Positions 1-8,141 are shown, counted from the first letter of the stretch. The stretch: 19,822 bases of DNA from Candidatus Helarchaeota archaeon (GCA_029838215.1 JALGVI010000054.1:1-19822); one strand, 5' to 3'. Notes: generated by a model from the letters alone, not told the origin. Numbers and translations are program-made.

Positions 1-118
1 AAATAGCTCACCAGCTACACAAAGGCAAATTCTTTTTTGAGAAATAAAAGATCAATACTCACCATAAGAGATTGTTGAAAATTCTTAATTAATTCTCCAT
101 GTCGAGGTTGATTTGGTC

Positions 119-1165
119 ATGACTCATTGGGATGTCATAATTGTTGGCGGTGGACCTGCAGGATCCATGGCGGCAAAATACTTGGCTGCTGGAAATAAGC
201 GTGTTCTGATAATTGAACGAATGCAACCACCGCGAGATAAGGTATGTTCAGGTATAATTTCCACGGAAGCGGTTCGGATCTTGAAGAAAGAATTCGGAAG
301 CGGTCTTCCTTCTGTTCTTTGTGTTGATCCCCCAAAGGGTATTGGAATTCGACTTAAAATGCCCCAAAAAGATGATTTCATCACTCAGCCATACGAATTT
401 TTCAACGTGTGGCGGCGCACTTTTGATTATTGGTTGCTCCTAAAGGCTTCTGAAGAAGGTGCAGAAATTCAAACCCGCACCGAAATGGTCGATCTAAAGC
501 AGGAAGAGAATGCCGTGACACTTACCGTGAAAGCGAAGGATTTCAAGTCAAATACATATAAAAAATACCAAATTAGTGCAGATGCTGTCATTGCTGCAGA
601 TGGTGGTTCCAGTCGTATTCGCAAGATTCTCTATCCTGAAATGAAATCCATCCATGCACACGCATATCAAGAATACTGGACTTATGATAACGTGAATCTT
701 GACATGGATTACTTCCATGCATTCGTGACTGAAGATTCTCCCATCTATGAAAGCGTTTGGATAAAAGATGGGATGCTCATCATCACGACCGGAGCAACTT
801 CAGGAAGAGAAGTCCTTGCCAATCAAGAGCGTTTCATTCATTACTTGCAAGATAATTTTAACTTGAAGCTAAAGAAGAAAATTCGTGCGGAATCAATCTA
901 TCAAGACATAGGATCCTTTTCAGAATGTAATTTCATTTTTGGAAAGGATCGGGTGCTATTAGTCGGCGAAGCAGCTCGGCTGATGGATATTTTTGGGCAG
1001 GGAATTCCCGCAGCACTCCAGAGCGGAAAAGGTGCGGCACTTGCCATACTTGATACAGACTCGGAAATGCCTCTTATCGACCGTTATCAAAATCGTTTGA
1101 GGAAGTACGTGAAATCACTTAAACGGAATTGGAAGGTCCTACGACAAATGGGACAGATTTTTTGA
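119..1165 (+). CDS. Geranylgeranyl reductase-family NAD(P)/FAD-dependent oxidoreductase
   Basis: N-terminal Rossmann motif DVIIVGGGPAGS, GGR-type PRDKVCSG motif, IAADG, and C-terminal LLVGEAA...GQGI (canonical VGDAA...GEGI). I chose the ATG at 119 over the TTG at 113 because GAGGTTGA, an SD-like element, lies just upstream. Confidence 0.8.
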   Translation: MTHWDVIIVGGGPAGSMAAKYLAAGNKRVLIIERMQPPRDKVCSGIISTEAVRILKKEFGSGLPSVLCVDPPKGIGIRLKMPQKDDFITQPYEFFNVWRRTFDYWLLLKASEEGAEIQTRTEMVDLKQEENAVTLTVKAKDFKSNTYKKYQISADAVIAADGGSSRIRKILYPEMKSIHAHAYQEYWTYDNVNLDMDYFHAFVTEDSPIYESVWIKDGMLIITTGATSGREVLANQERFIHYLQDNFNLKLKKKIRAESIYQDIGSFSECNFIFGKDRVLLVGEAARLMDIFGQGIPAALQSGKGAALAILDTDSEMPLIDRYQNRLRKYVKSLKRNWKVLRQMGQIF

Positions 1166-1173
1166 ATGAGTGA

Positions 1174-1713
1174 ATGATGATGAGTGAAGACACCACGAAA
1201 TTTGTTGCATCCGATATAATTAAGCGAGATTCGTTTAAATCTCTATATAAAAAGACACTAGACTACTTGGTTTTCCAATTATACAGCCATTCAAAATTCA
1301 TCTATGAGAAATACGGAATGGAGGCTCTTGAAGAATCATACCTTGATAACCAACAGCATTTTTTTGACATAAAAATGAGTAAAGGAATGAAAGTCTTTGA
1401 AGGAATCATAAAAAAACTTCCAAAAGGTCTGAAAATCAAGGAGGGCTTGAAATATTTCATTGATGAAATGCAATTCATGGAATCGCCTTCAAACATAGTC
1501 ATACATGAGCGAAGCTCAACTCACGGTGTTTTTGAAATCACGAGATGCACGATACGTAGAATTTTCAACAAGTATGCAAAAAAGGATAAAAAGGATGAGT
1601 TAATAGATAAATGCTGCGTTTGGTGTCAGCTCAGCACGTCGATGTCCGATGGATATGGATTGAAGTTCACCATCGAATTGACCAAAAAAGGCTGCATGAA
1701 TTATTTAGAATGA
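1174..1713 (+). CDS. Hypothetical protein, possibly L-2-amino-thiazoline-4-carboxylate hydrolase/V4R-like small-ligand-binding fold
   Basis: 179 aa ORF starting 8 nt after the previous stop. The Cys pattern FEITRC...DKCCVWC...ELTKKGC and the helical N-terminus resemble ATC-hydrolase/V4R-like proteins. The start is ambiguous among ATGs at 1174, 1177 and 1180. Confidence 0.5.
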   Translation: MMMSEDTTKFVASDIIKRDSFKSLYKKTLDYLVFQLYSHSKFIYEKYGMEALEESYLDNQQHFFDIKMSKGMKVFEGIIKKLPKGLKIKEGLKYFIDEMQFMESPSNIVIHERSSTHGVFEITRCTIRRIFNKYAKKDKKDELIDKCCVWCQLSTSMSDGYGLKFTIELTKKGCMNYLE

Positions 1714-1839
1714 TTTTGTGAAAAAAAAAAGATTTACAATTTAGATGGTGAAAACGATTTTATTAGATGCTTGCCCAAATTTTTAATCATCTTTAATTCA
1801 AATCGATCAAGTTTTTTCTTTAATTAATGGTGTTTTATC

Positions 1840-3234
1840 ATGAATCAATCTGGATTTGACGCATTAATTGTCGGTGGAGGCGTTGGCGGTACTGCCATCG
1901 GAGCTCTACTTGCAAGTAGTGGTAAAAAAGTTGCACTTTTTGAAAAGAATAAAATCATTGGAGGACGGTGCCTGAGTTATGAACATCAAGGATTTTTGGT
2001 AGATCTCGGGGTTCATTTATTCGGGGTCGGAGATAAGGGATATATTGGTGATGTTCTCCGAAAGATCAACCGTCCAACGGCTTTAGAGTGGGTCATTTCG
2101 AAGGATCCTCGTCCGACGATGTTCTACAACGGTAAAATGGAAGTTTATAGTCGCAAGAACATGAGTGCGGCAATGGGGACCAGCAAAGAAGATTTCGAAT
2201 TAGCAATGAAATTCTTTACAGATTGTCTCTCCATGCGTAAAAAACAAATCAAGGAACTTTATTACACGGGATTGACAGATTTTATAAACAAGTATTCAAC
2301 AAACCCAACCCTTCACGTGTTTGTCGCCATGATTGCTGCTCAATATTTCTGCACGGATCCCCGAGTCACTTCAGCAGGGGAATTCATACGGTGTTTTCGC
2401 CAAGTCGTGAATTCGAAATCTTCTGCCTACCCTAAAGGTGCTTGCATCGCCATTCCCAAAGCATTCCAACAAGCCATCGAAGATAACGGGGGCAAAATCC
2501 ATCTTGATACAACTGTGAAAAAAATCATCGTTGAGAATGGACGGGCAATAGGAATTGAACTCAAGGATGGGACAACTCTAAATGCAAAAATAATTATAAG
2601 TAACGCAGATATTCAAAATACGGTTCAGAACTTGGTCGGGGAAGAGCACTTTCCAGAAGATTACGTTAAACGCGTGAAGAACTTAACATACGCAACACAT
2701 TGCTTGGCACTTAAAGTAGGGCTGGATGAAAAAGTAACCGATCAAAAACTAATCATGTACGTTAGAGAATCATTAAGCGACCCTGCCGCCATTCAAGAAA
2801 CCACGACTATAGACATGAAATCCGTGCGGGGAGGAATGATCACTTCGCCAACGAATTATGATGAAAAATTGGCACCCGCAGGAAATCAATTGATCTTTTT
2901 CGGTACTGCATGTCCAGGTGGTCGACCTGAAGAAGAATACAAAAAATTTGGTGAGAAATGCTATGAGGCTCTCCTTCAAGTCATACCCACAATTGAAGAC
3001 CATGTCTTATGGAAAAAAGTAGATTCTCCTAACTTGATAGAAGCATATGCTGGAGAATATGGCAATATTATTGGCGTTGGGCAGACAATTGATCAAATTG
3101 CGGAAAGACGACCATCCCAAAAATCACCCATTGAGGGTCTCTATATTGTCGGCGCAGAGGCGGGAGGACACGGTATCGGGGCTGAACTTGCGGCAAATTC
3201 CGCCATGGAACTATTCGAAATGCTTCAAAAATAA
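1840..3234 (+). CDS. Phytoene dehydrogenase-like (COG1233) FAD-dependent oxidoreductase
   Basis: ALIVGGGVGG Rossmann motif, EKNKIIGGRC, DLGVHLF, YPKGAC..IPKAF, V.KIIVENGRAIGIEL, IISNAD and a C-terminal PIEGLYIVG..AGGHG. All are typical of the CrtI/all-trans-retinol saturase-like family. Confidence 0.85.
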   Translation: MNQSGFDALIVGGGVGGTAIGALLASSGKKVALFEKNKIIGGRCLSYEHQGFLVDLGVHLFGVGDKGYIGDVLRKINRPTALEWVISKDPRPTMFYNGKMEVYSRKNMSAAMGTSKEDFELAMKFFTDCLSMRKKQIKELYYTGLTDFINKYSTNPTLHVFVAMIAAQYFCTDPRVTSAGEFIRCFRQVVNSKSSAYPKGACIAIPKAFQQAIEDNGGKIHLDTTVKKIIVENGRAIGIELKDGTTLNAKIIISNADIQNTVQNLVGEEHFPEDYVKRVKNLTYATHCLALKVGLDEKVTDQKLIMYVRESLSDPAAIQETTTIDMKSVRGGMITSPTNYDEKLAPAGNQLIFFGTACPGGRPEEEYKKFGEKCYEALLQVIPTIEDHVLWKKVDSPNLIEAYAGEYGNIIGVGQTIDQIAERRPSQKSPIEGLYIVGAEAGGHGIGAELAANSAMELFEMLQK

Positions 3235-3289
3235 CTTCCAAAACCATTTCATTTGATGTAGAAATCGATCATTCCTTGAAACGAGTAGG

Positions 3290-3460
3290 ATGAACATGAC
3301 GAAATTAGAAAATGACATTCTTGAAGAAATGATCAGGATTGTTGGCGAAAGAAACGTGTCCAACGACCCCGTGATAACTCAGGCATATGCTTATAATTGG
3401 TGTAATGAACTCGTTAATATAAGGCGGGGAAAAGAACCGAGCATAATTGGTGATGGATAA
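3290..3460 (+). pseudogene. Truncated N-terminal remnant of an FAD-linked oxidase (GlcD/D-lactate dehydrogenase-like, FAD_binding_4)
   Basis: Not in the ORF track. My translation is MNMTKLENDILEEMIRIVGERNVSNDPVITQAYAYNWCNELVNIRRGKEPSIIGDG*. The IVGERNVS.DP....AY segment is the characteristic start of FAD-linked oxidases. All three forward frames close within about 20 nt of position 3440, so there is no frameshifted continuation. Confidence 0.6.
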
Positions 3461-3553
3461 CTATCTCGAATAATTCTCATCGAACTCAGGATCTTTCCGT
3501 GAAATTTTATCCAATAATTATCTTCCAAATTCTGTCGTTTCCCCCTAGATGCA

Positions 3554-3563
3554 TTTATATGAA
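3554..3563 (+). promoter_or_regulatory. Candidate archaeal TATA box (TTTATATGAA) for the longin-roadblock gene
   Basis: Fits the TTTAWA consensus 68 nt upstream of the ATG at 3622. An identical 10-mer sits 66 nt upstream of the Rab-like gene start at 12799. Confidence 0.5.
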
Positions 3564-3621
3564 TATTCAGATATGATTTTTTGAATATTACATCTTTTGA
3601 TGAAAAAGGACGCATTCGCTA

Positions 3622-4377
3622 ATGATCTACGATTTCTATATTCTCGAACGGTCTGGAACGTGCATTTTTCACCAAGCATTTTCTGCACTTGATCGAAAGC
3701 AAGTCGAAGCTGATTTGATTTCGGGGTTTTTTTCTGCCATGTGTTTATTTTCGCGTGAAATTGCTGACAAGCATTTGGAAATCTTAGAATTGGAAGACGT
3801 TCGATTGGTCTTTACTGAAGATAAACTTGATAATCAAGAATACATATTTGTTGCTTTTGTCGATGAAAATGAAAGTGTCTTGCAAATTCAGGACATATTA
3901 AAGAAAATTTCGAAAAAATTCTTTCAAAACTACAAGCATATCTTGAAAAATTGGAATAGAGATACCGAGATTTTTACCGATTTCCAAAAACAAATCGAAC
4001 TGATCATCATCAAGGCAGATATTGACCGATTCATGTTAATAGAAAAATTGGAAGAGATAGTCAAGATTGAACAGCAAACACACCTTGAAGGACTTTCCAT
4101 ATATACTAGCAAAGGAGACCTCATGATTTCGAATATAGAGTTACCATCACCTCTTAAAAAATTCATTTCAAGAACCATTGAGTGTCAATTCAAGACATCC
4201 GTAAAAATTGATGAATTATTTTTCAAGTACGAGACGAAGTACATACTGATTAGACCAATAACCAATTCCCTAGTGGGCGTTTTTCTCACAGCACCGAAGA
4301 CACCCTTCAAACTTGGAATTTCACTTGCTGACAACTTGGTTAAAATCCTCAAGGAAAAAATTCAAGTCGCTCAATAA
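3622..4377 (+). CDS. Longin-like domain fused to a C-terminal roadblock/profilin-like domain (Asgard eukaryotic signature protein)
   Basis: Residues ~1-130 (MIYDFYILERSGTCIFHQAF...DLISGFFSAM..F..EI....LEILELEDVRLVF....YIFVAFVD) follow the longin/sigma-adaptin-like pattern. Residues ~138-250 (LEGLSIYTSKGDLMISNI...LFFKYETKYILIRPI...LVGVFLT....KLGISL) follow the roadblock/LAMTOR-like pattern. Confidence 0.7.
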   Translation: MIYDFYILERSGTCIFHQAFSALDRKQVEADLISGFFSAMCLFSREIADKHLEILELEDVRLVFTEDKLDNQEYIFVAFVDENESVLQIQDILKKISKKFFQNYKHILKNWNRDTEIFTDFQKQIELIIIKADIDRFMLIEKLEEIVKIEQQTHLEGLSIYTSKGDLMISNIELPSPLKKFISRTIECQFKTSVKIDELFFKYETKYILIRPITNSLVGVFLTAPKTPFKLGISLADNLVKILKEKIQVAQ

Positions 4378-4385
4378 AAGATTTT

Positions 4386-5339
4386 TTAGAAGCTCCGTTC
4401 ATTTCGGATTAATAGCAGTCTTGAGTGAAAAGCACAAATATTCGCTCCAACCTCAACCTTCCAAAATCGAGCTAATGGTTCGCATTTAGCCCTGAACACA
4501 TATAGGATCGGAATTTTTATCCCTTTTTCATCCCGATAATAGGCGAAGGTCTCAAAATTATTCTGTCCTTTGGAGATTACTAAGTCCGCTTCATCTAATG
4601 CCTTCAAAAATTCAGGGGAAGGGTTATTTTTCGTGAATCCGAGACAGAATCTTGCGGTTGGTATTATCGTAGAATTAGGAACTTCATCAAGATTGACTTG
4701 TCGGGCATCAACAACCGTGCAGTCATTGGAATACGGCGCATCCTTCACGACCAAAAATATTTCATTTCCCAACGATACCAAAAATTCAATGAGAATCTTA
4801 TCGAAGGCCACTTCACCAGCATTATCCAAGCAATAAAGGATTCTCTTTTTCCCGTCTTTCATGAGGTCAAATAATTGCGCGGTGTCGTCCAGATCTAGTC
4901 CGTGTTCCTTTATTTTTTTAAATTCCGTGAATAATGCTTCTGAATCTAATTCTACTTCGTGATCTCCCGTTGCAAAATCAATGATATTACCAATGATGCT
5001 TGCGAAAATGGCATCCCTAAGATGCTCTTCGGTCTTTCCCGATGATATGACTTTCCGTATCCGTGCTGCTACTTGGGTGCCGATCTCATTGCTTTGCTTT
5101 TTTTCTTCGATGAATGGATCGGGGCATCCCGTTTTATCTTCAATGATCTCCAACATTTCATTTGCAAGCTCAACGGTGAGAGTTTTGCTTGAAATGTCCT
5201 GCAACTTGCCATACATTTCTCGAACTAATTCTCGCTTTAAATCTTCGTCTTCCGTTGATCTCTGGATCATGTCTAAAGCTATTTTCGTCAAACAACTGGC
5301 ACAGCCAGGTCTCGTCCAGAGCTTCTTGTCCTTGTCCAT
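4386..5339 (-). CDS. DUF89/ARMT1-like damage-control metal-dependent phosphatase
   Basis: N-terminal PGCASC, DPFIEEKKQSN, GNIIDF, LDNAGEVAFD, VKDAPYSND, ISKGQNNFET and RAKC are the family motifs. Confidence 0.9.
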   Translation of the reverse strand: MDKDKKLWTRPGCASCLTKIALDMIQRSTEDEDLKRELVREMYGKLQDISSKTLTVELANEMLEIIEDKTGCPDPFIEEKKQSNEIGTQVAARIRKVISSGKTEEHLRDAIFASIIGNIIDFATGDHEVELDSEALFTEFKKIKEHGLDLDDTAQLFDLMKDGKKRILYCLDNAGEVAFDKILIEFLVSLGNEIFLVVKDAPYSNDCTVVDARQVNLDEVPNSTIIPTARFCLGFTKNNPSPEFLKALDEADLVISKGQNNFETFAYYRDEKGIKIPILYVFRAKCEPLARFWKVEVGANICAFHSRLLLIRNERSF

Positions 5340-5504
5340 TGTATTTCAAAGAACTGATGCTTTTTCTCTTTATGAATTTTTGTAGAATGATTGTGAGCGG
5401 GTAAGCCTGTCCGCAATGATCAAGCACGATCCCATCTTCTTGTAATATCTACATGATACTCTGATAATTAAGTCAAGAATTAAGAGATGCTTTTGGTGAA
5501 TGTC

Positions 5505-5864
5505 ATGAAAAAAGGTGACGTGGAAACCAAGATGACCATTTTGCATCACAAGATGAACGTACATCACCTGATTAAAGGTTCAATCCTTTGTAGGGACGAT
5601 GGAGTGCATGTATCTTCCAATATTCCCACGGATCTGGATGAAGGCAGAAAACTTGCAGCATATATTACCCATGCTTTCCGTTTGATAAATAAAATCAATA
5701 AAACTAATGAAGCAACGTTGAAATTCAATAACGGAATGCAGTTTTTCGTCAAGCACATTCCTGATAGAAAATTAATTTTAACGGCACTGACCGATAGGGC
5801 CGATTCTCCCCGGCTTTCCAAGTTAATGAACCATTTCTCAAACGAGTTTCAAAAAGCACTTTAA
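5505..5864 (+). CDS. Roadblock/LC7 (MglB/LAMTOR-like) domain protein
   Basis: IKGSILCRDDGVHVSSNIP..LD...KLAA...followed by a beta-hairpin (TLKFNNGMQFFVKHI...LILTALT) and a C-terminal helix. I chose the ATG at 5505 for the GGTGA SD at 5495. The ORF extends upstream to 5487. Confidence 0.65.
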   Translation: MKKGDVETKMTILHHKMNVHHLIKGSILCRDDGVHVSSNIPTDLDEGRKLAAYITHAFRLINKINKTNEATLKFNNGMQFFVKHIPDRKLILTALTDRADSPRLSKLMNHFSNEFQKAL

Positions 5865-5868
5865 TAAA

Positions 5869-5882
5869 TTTTTATTATTTTT
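5869..5882 (+). terminator. Candidate archaeal oligo-T terminator
   Basis: T-rich tract TTTTTATTATTTTT immediately after the stop at 5864. Confidence 0.3.
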
Positions 5883-5926
5883 CTCATTAAATGAATGCTA
5901 AGATGCGGAATTTTGAGGCTTTTTCC

Positions 5927-6661
5927 ATGTTAACATCAGACTTGGTTAAAAAACGCGCGAAAGAAATAGGTGCTGATTTAGTCGGTATTTCTTCTACTGA
6001 AAAAATTAATGAAAAAAGTCGCAAGGGTCATAAGGCTGAAGAATGGCTCCCGAATTCGAAGAGTGCGGTCGTATTTGCTCTTAAGTTGCTGGACGCTCCG
6101 CTTAATGGATTGCCATTTACCAGAAGTGCTTATGATTGGAATAAGGTTTATCTTGATGAAAAAATCACGAAAATCAGCATGGAACTTTGTCGCTTCTTTG
6201 AGAATGAAGATTTTCTTGCGTTGCCGATTACTTTTGAGCCACAATTATTCAATCCTGTTGTTGGTGACATTTCTGTCAAAGATGTTGCGGTTGAAGCTGG
6301 TTTAGGACACATTGGCTTATCTGGTCTCCTCCTGACTCCTGAATTTGGACCGCGAGTTCGTCTCGGGCTGGTGCTCACGACCGCAGAACTGACTCCCGAT
6401 ACTCCATTGCAGAAAAAAATCTGTCCATTAGACATAAACAAGTGCCGAAAGTGCATTGATGCTTGTCCTCCTAAAGCAATGTACATAAAAAAATCAAAAG
6501 TAAAAACCAAATGGGACCTATGCGCGTTGTACATGTATGAAGATTTGACAGCACTTCCTGTCACCATTAATGGACAAAACTTCATCAATCGATCAACAAG
6601 CTGGCATGCTTTTCATTGCGGGCTTTGCGTGAGCTCTTGTCCAATCGGTCGGAAGAAATGA
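5927..6661 (+). CDS. Epoxyqueuosine reductase (QueG)-like cobalamin/2x[4Fe-4S] protein
   Basis: AKEIGADLVGI, ISVKDVAVEAGLGHIGLSGLLLTPEFGPRVRLGLVLT, CP...CRKCIDACPPKA, WDLC and CGLCVSSCPIG. I chose the ATG at 5927 for the GAGG at about 5915. The ORF extends upstream to 5891. Substrate unknown. Confidence 0.75.
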   Translation: MLTSDLVKKRAKEIGADLVGISSTEKINEKSRKGHKAEEWLPNSKSAVVFALKLLDAPLNGLPFTRSAYDWNKVYLDEKITKISMELCRFFENEDFLALPITFEPQLFNPVVGDISVKDVAVEAGLGHIGLSGLLLTPEFGPRVRLGLVLTTAELTPDTPLQKKICPLDINKCRKCIDACPPKAMYIKKSKVKTKWDLCALYMYEDLTALPVTINGQNFINRSTSWHAFHCGLCVSSCPIGRKK

Positions 6662-6673
6662 AACCTCATTAAA

Positions 6674-6681
6674 TTTTTTTT
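6674..6681 (+). terminator. Candidate archaeal oligo-T terminator
   Basis: T8 run 12 nt after the stop at 6661. Confidence 0.3.
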
Positions 6682-6773
6682 ACTGCATTTTAGAAATCAA
6701 GTAACGAATTTTTATTTCAAGAAGATCAAAAAGCATCACGTATTTAATGACAAGTTTAATCGTTGTGAGGAAA

Positions 6774-7874
6774 ATGGTAGATTTTGGAATCGAGTTATTT
6801 TATTCTCATTCTTATGATTTCGTGCGAAAGAAACTTTTAACTGCTAATAAGGAGAATTGGGATTCTATCTGGCTTCCCGATCATTTAAGCGGGATTCCGG
6901 GTGGTGCAATAGATGATTTCTTGTGTCTATGGCCCATGTTTGGTTCATTTGCGGAATTGGCAAGTGGTAAAACCTTGGGATCAAGCGTGACTGATCCTCA
7001 CAGGCTTCATCCTGCTGCCCTTGCCCAGATGGCGACGACAATTAACCACATTACTGGTGGCAAGTTCATTCTTGGGATCGGTGCAGGAGAGGGCATGAAC
7101 CTGAAGGCTTATAACATTCCACACGATCATGCCGTTTCTAGGATGAAGGAATCCATCGAACTCATGAAAATGTTTTGGAAAAAAGGAAAACGCGTCACGT
7201 ATAAAGGCAAGTATTATCAAACAAAAAAAGCCGTGCTTCTCCCTAAACCCGTTTCGGAAATTCCTGTTTGGGTTGCGGGAAACGGTCCTTATAGTAGGCG
7301 AGTCACGGGGGAAGTGGCTGACGGTTGGATGCCAATTGGCTTATTTTTTAAGACGTTTGAAAACGGTAAGAATGAAATCGTCGAGATCATGAAAGAACAA
7401 GGACGAGATTTGTCCAAATTCACATTCTCGGTATTTCAACGAATTTACATTAACGATGATGAGAAGAAACTACAAGAACAAGCCCAGATGAACACGCTAA
7501 GTCTATCAATGCAACCAAGTGCAATGAAAGATTTGGGATATTGGAAAGAAGAATTTGATCAATTATTCAAGGAAGCCACCGGGATCGAGCCCCAAAAAAT
7601 GAGCCTGTTGAAAATCGATCGAGAAGACATCGTTAAGTTTGACATGAAGAAGCTGGAAACCATTGCTGGCGTTCTTCCTGAAAATCTAATTAGAGAAAAT
7701 TCTATGATTGGGACAACTGAAGAAATAATTCAAAAAATCAAGAAATACCTTGAAGCCGGTGCTCAGTATTTCATTTTTGAGATCGTTAACGGTGCTTCAA
7801 GCAAAAATGCACCATTTACCTATTGGGACGTTGCTCGTATTATCAGTGAAGAAATCATCCCGCAGTTCAAGTGA
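6774..7874 (+). CDS. Luciferase-like (LLM) class, probably F420-dependent, oxidoreductase
   Basis: WDSIWLPDH, LGSSVTDPHRLHPAALAQMATT...GKFILGIGAGE..N, YKGKYY, IPVWVAGNGP, GEVADGW, IGTTEEIIQKIKKYLEAG. This pattern fits the Mer/FGD-like LLM family. I chose the ATG at 6774 for the GTGAGG SD. Confidence 0.85.
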   Translation: MVDFGIELFYSHSYDFVRKKLLTANKENWDSIWLPDHLSGIPGGAIDDFLCLWPMFGSFAELASGKTLGSSVTDPHRLHPAALAQMATTINHITGGKFILGIGAGEGMNLKAYNIPHDHAVSRMKESIELMKMFWKKGKRVTYKGKYYQTKKAVLLPKPVSEIPVWVAGNGPYSRRVTGEVADGWMPIGLFFKTFENGKNEIVEIMKEQGRDLSKFTFSVFQRIYINDDEKKLQEQAQMNTLSLSMQPSAMKDLGYWKEEFDQLFKEATGIEPQKMSLLKIDREDIVKFDMKKLETIAGVLPENLIRENSMIGTTEEIIQKIKKYLEAGAQYFIFEIVNGASSKNAPFTYWDVARIISEEIIPQFK

Positions 7875-7907
7875 TTAAAAACAAAACATGATGTAAGAAG
7901 TGGTCAA

Positions 7908-8141
7908 ATGAAACCTCCGATTTGTTGCATTTGTGATAAAGATTTCCGAAATAGCGATGAAGGCGGTCTGATATATTTCAAAAGGCGACCGAGTGATGAA
8001 GAATGGGAAAGGATGATGGAAGAAAAAGGAATGGTGGGGCATCCTCCATATGCATGCTGGTTCTGTGGTCAACACTTTGAGAGGGCAAAATCTCTAGAGC
8101 ATTTAACTATTGATGAAGCCATGAAAATTCTCAAGAAATGA
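7908..8141 (+). CDS. Small hypothetical protein with a probable zinc-binding site (CxxC...H...CxxH)
   Basis: 77 aa with CCICD near the N-terminus and GHPP..CWFCGQH near the C-terminus. It fills the gap between two plus-strand genes and has GTGG upstream. Confidence 0.65.
   Translation: MKPPICCICDKDFRNSDEGGLIYFKRRPSDEEWERMMEEKGMVGHPPYACWFCGQHFERAKSLEHLTIDEAMKILKK

Noticed and set aside
1-112. Minus-strand ATG at 65 suggesting a divergent gene leaving the window
   Set aside because: That frame stops after 16 codons and I could not support a coding region.
1711-1830. Possible selenocysteine readthrough of the TGA at 1711-1713 (the frame stays open for about 37 more codons), and of other TGA stops
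   Set aside because: The extension runs through an A10 tract and low-complexity AT-rich promoter-like DNA. The TGA is not at an evident conserved Cys position, and I could not identify a SECIS-like hairpin. The other TGA stops fall at natural protein ends.
5927-6661. Calling this queG or a respiratory reductive dehalogenase
   Set aside because: There is no Tat signal, no rdhB-like anchor gene, and it is much shorter than RdhA. No queuosine context supports a true QueG, so it is left as QueG-like.
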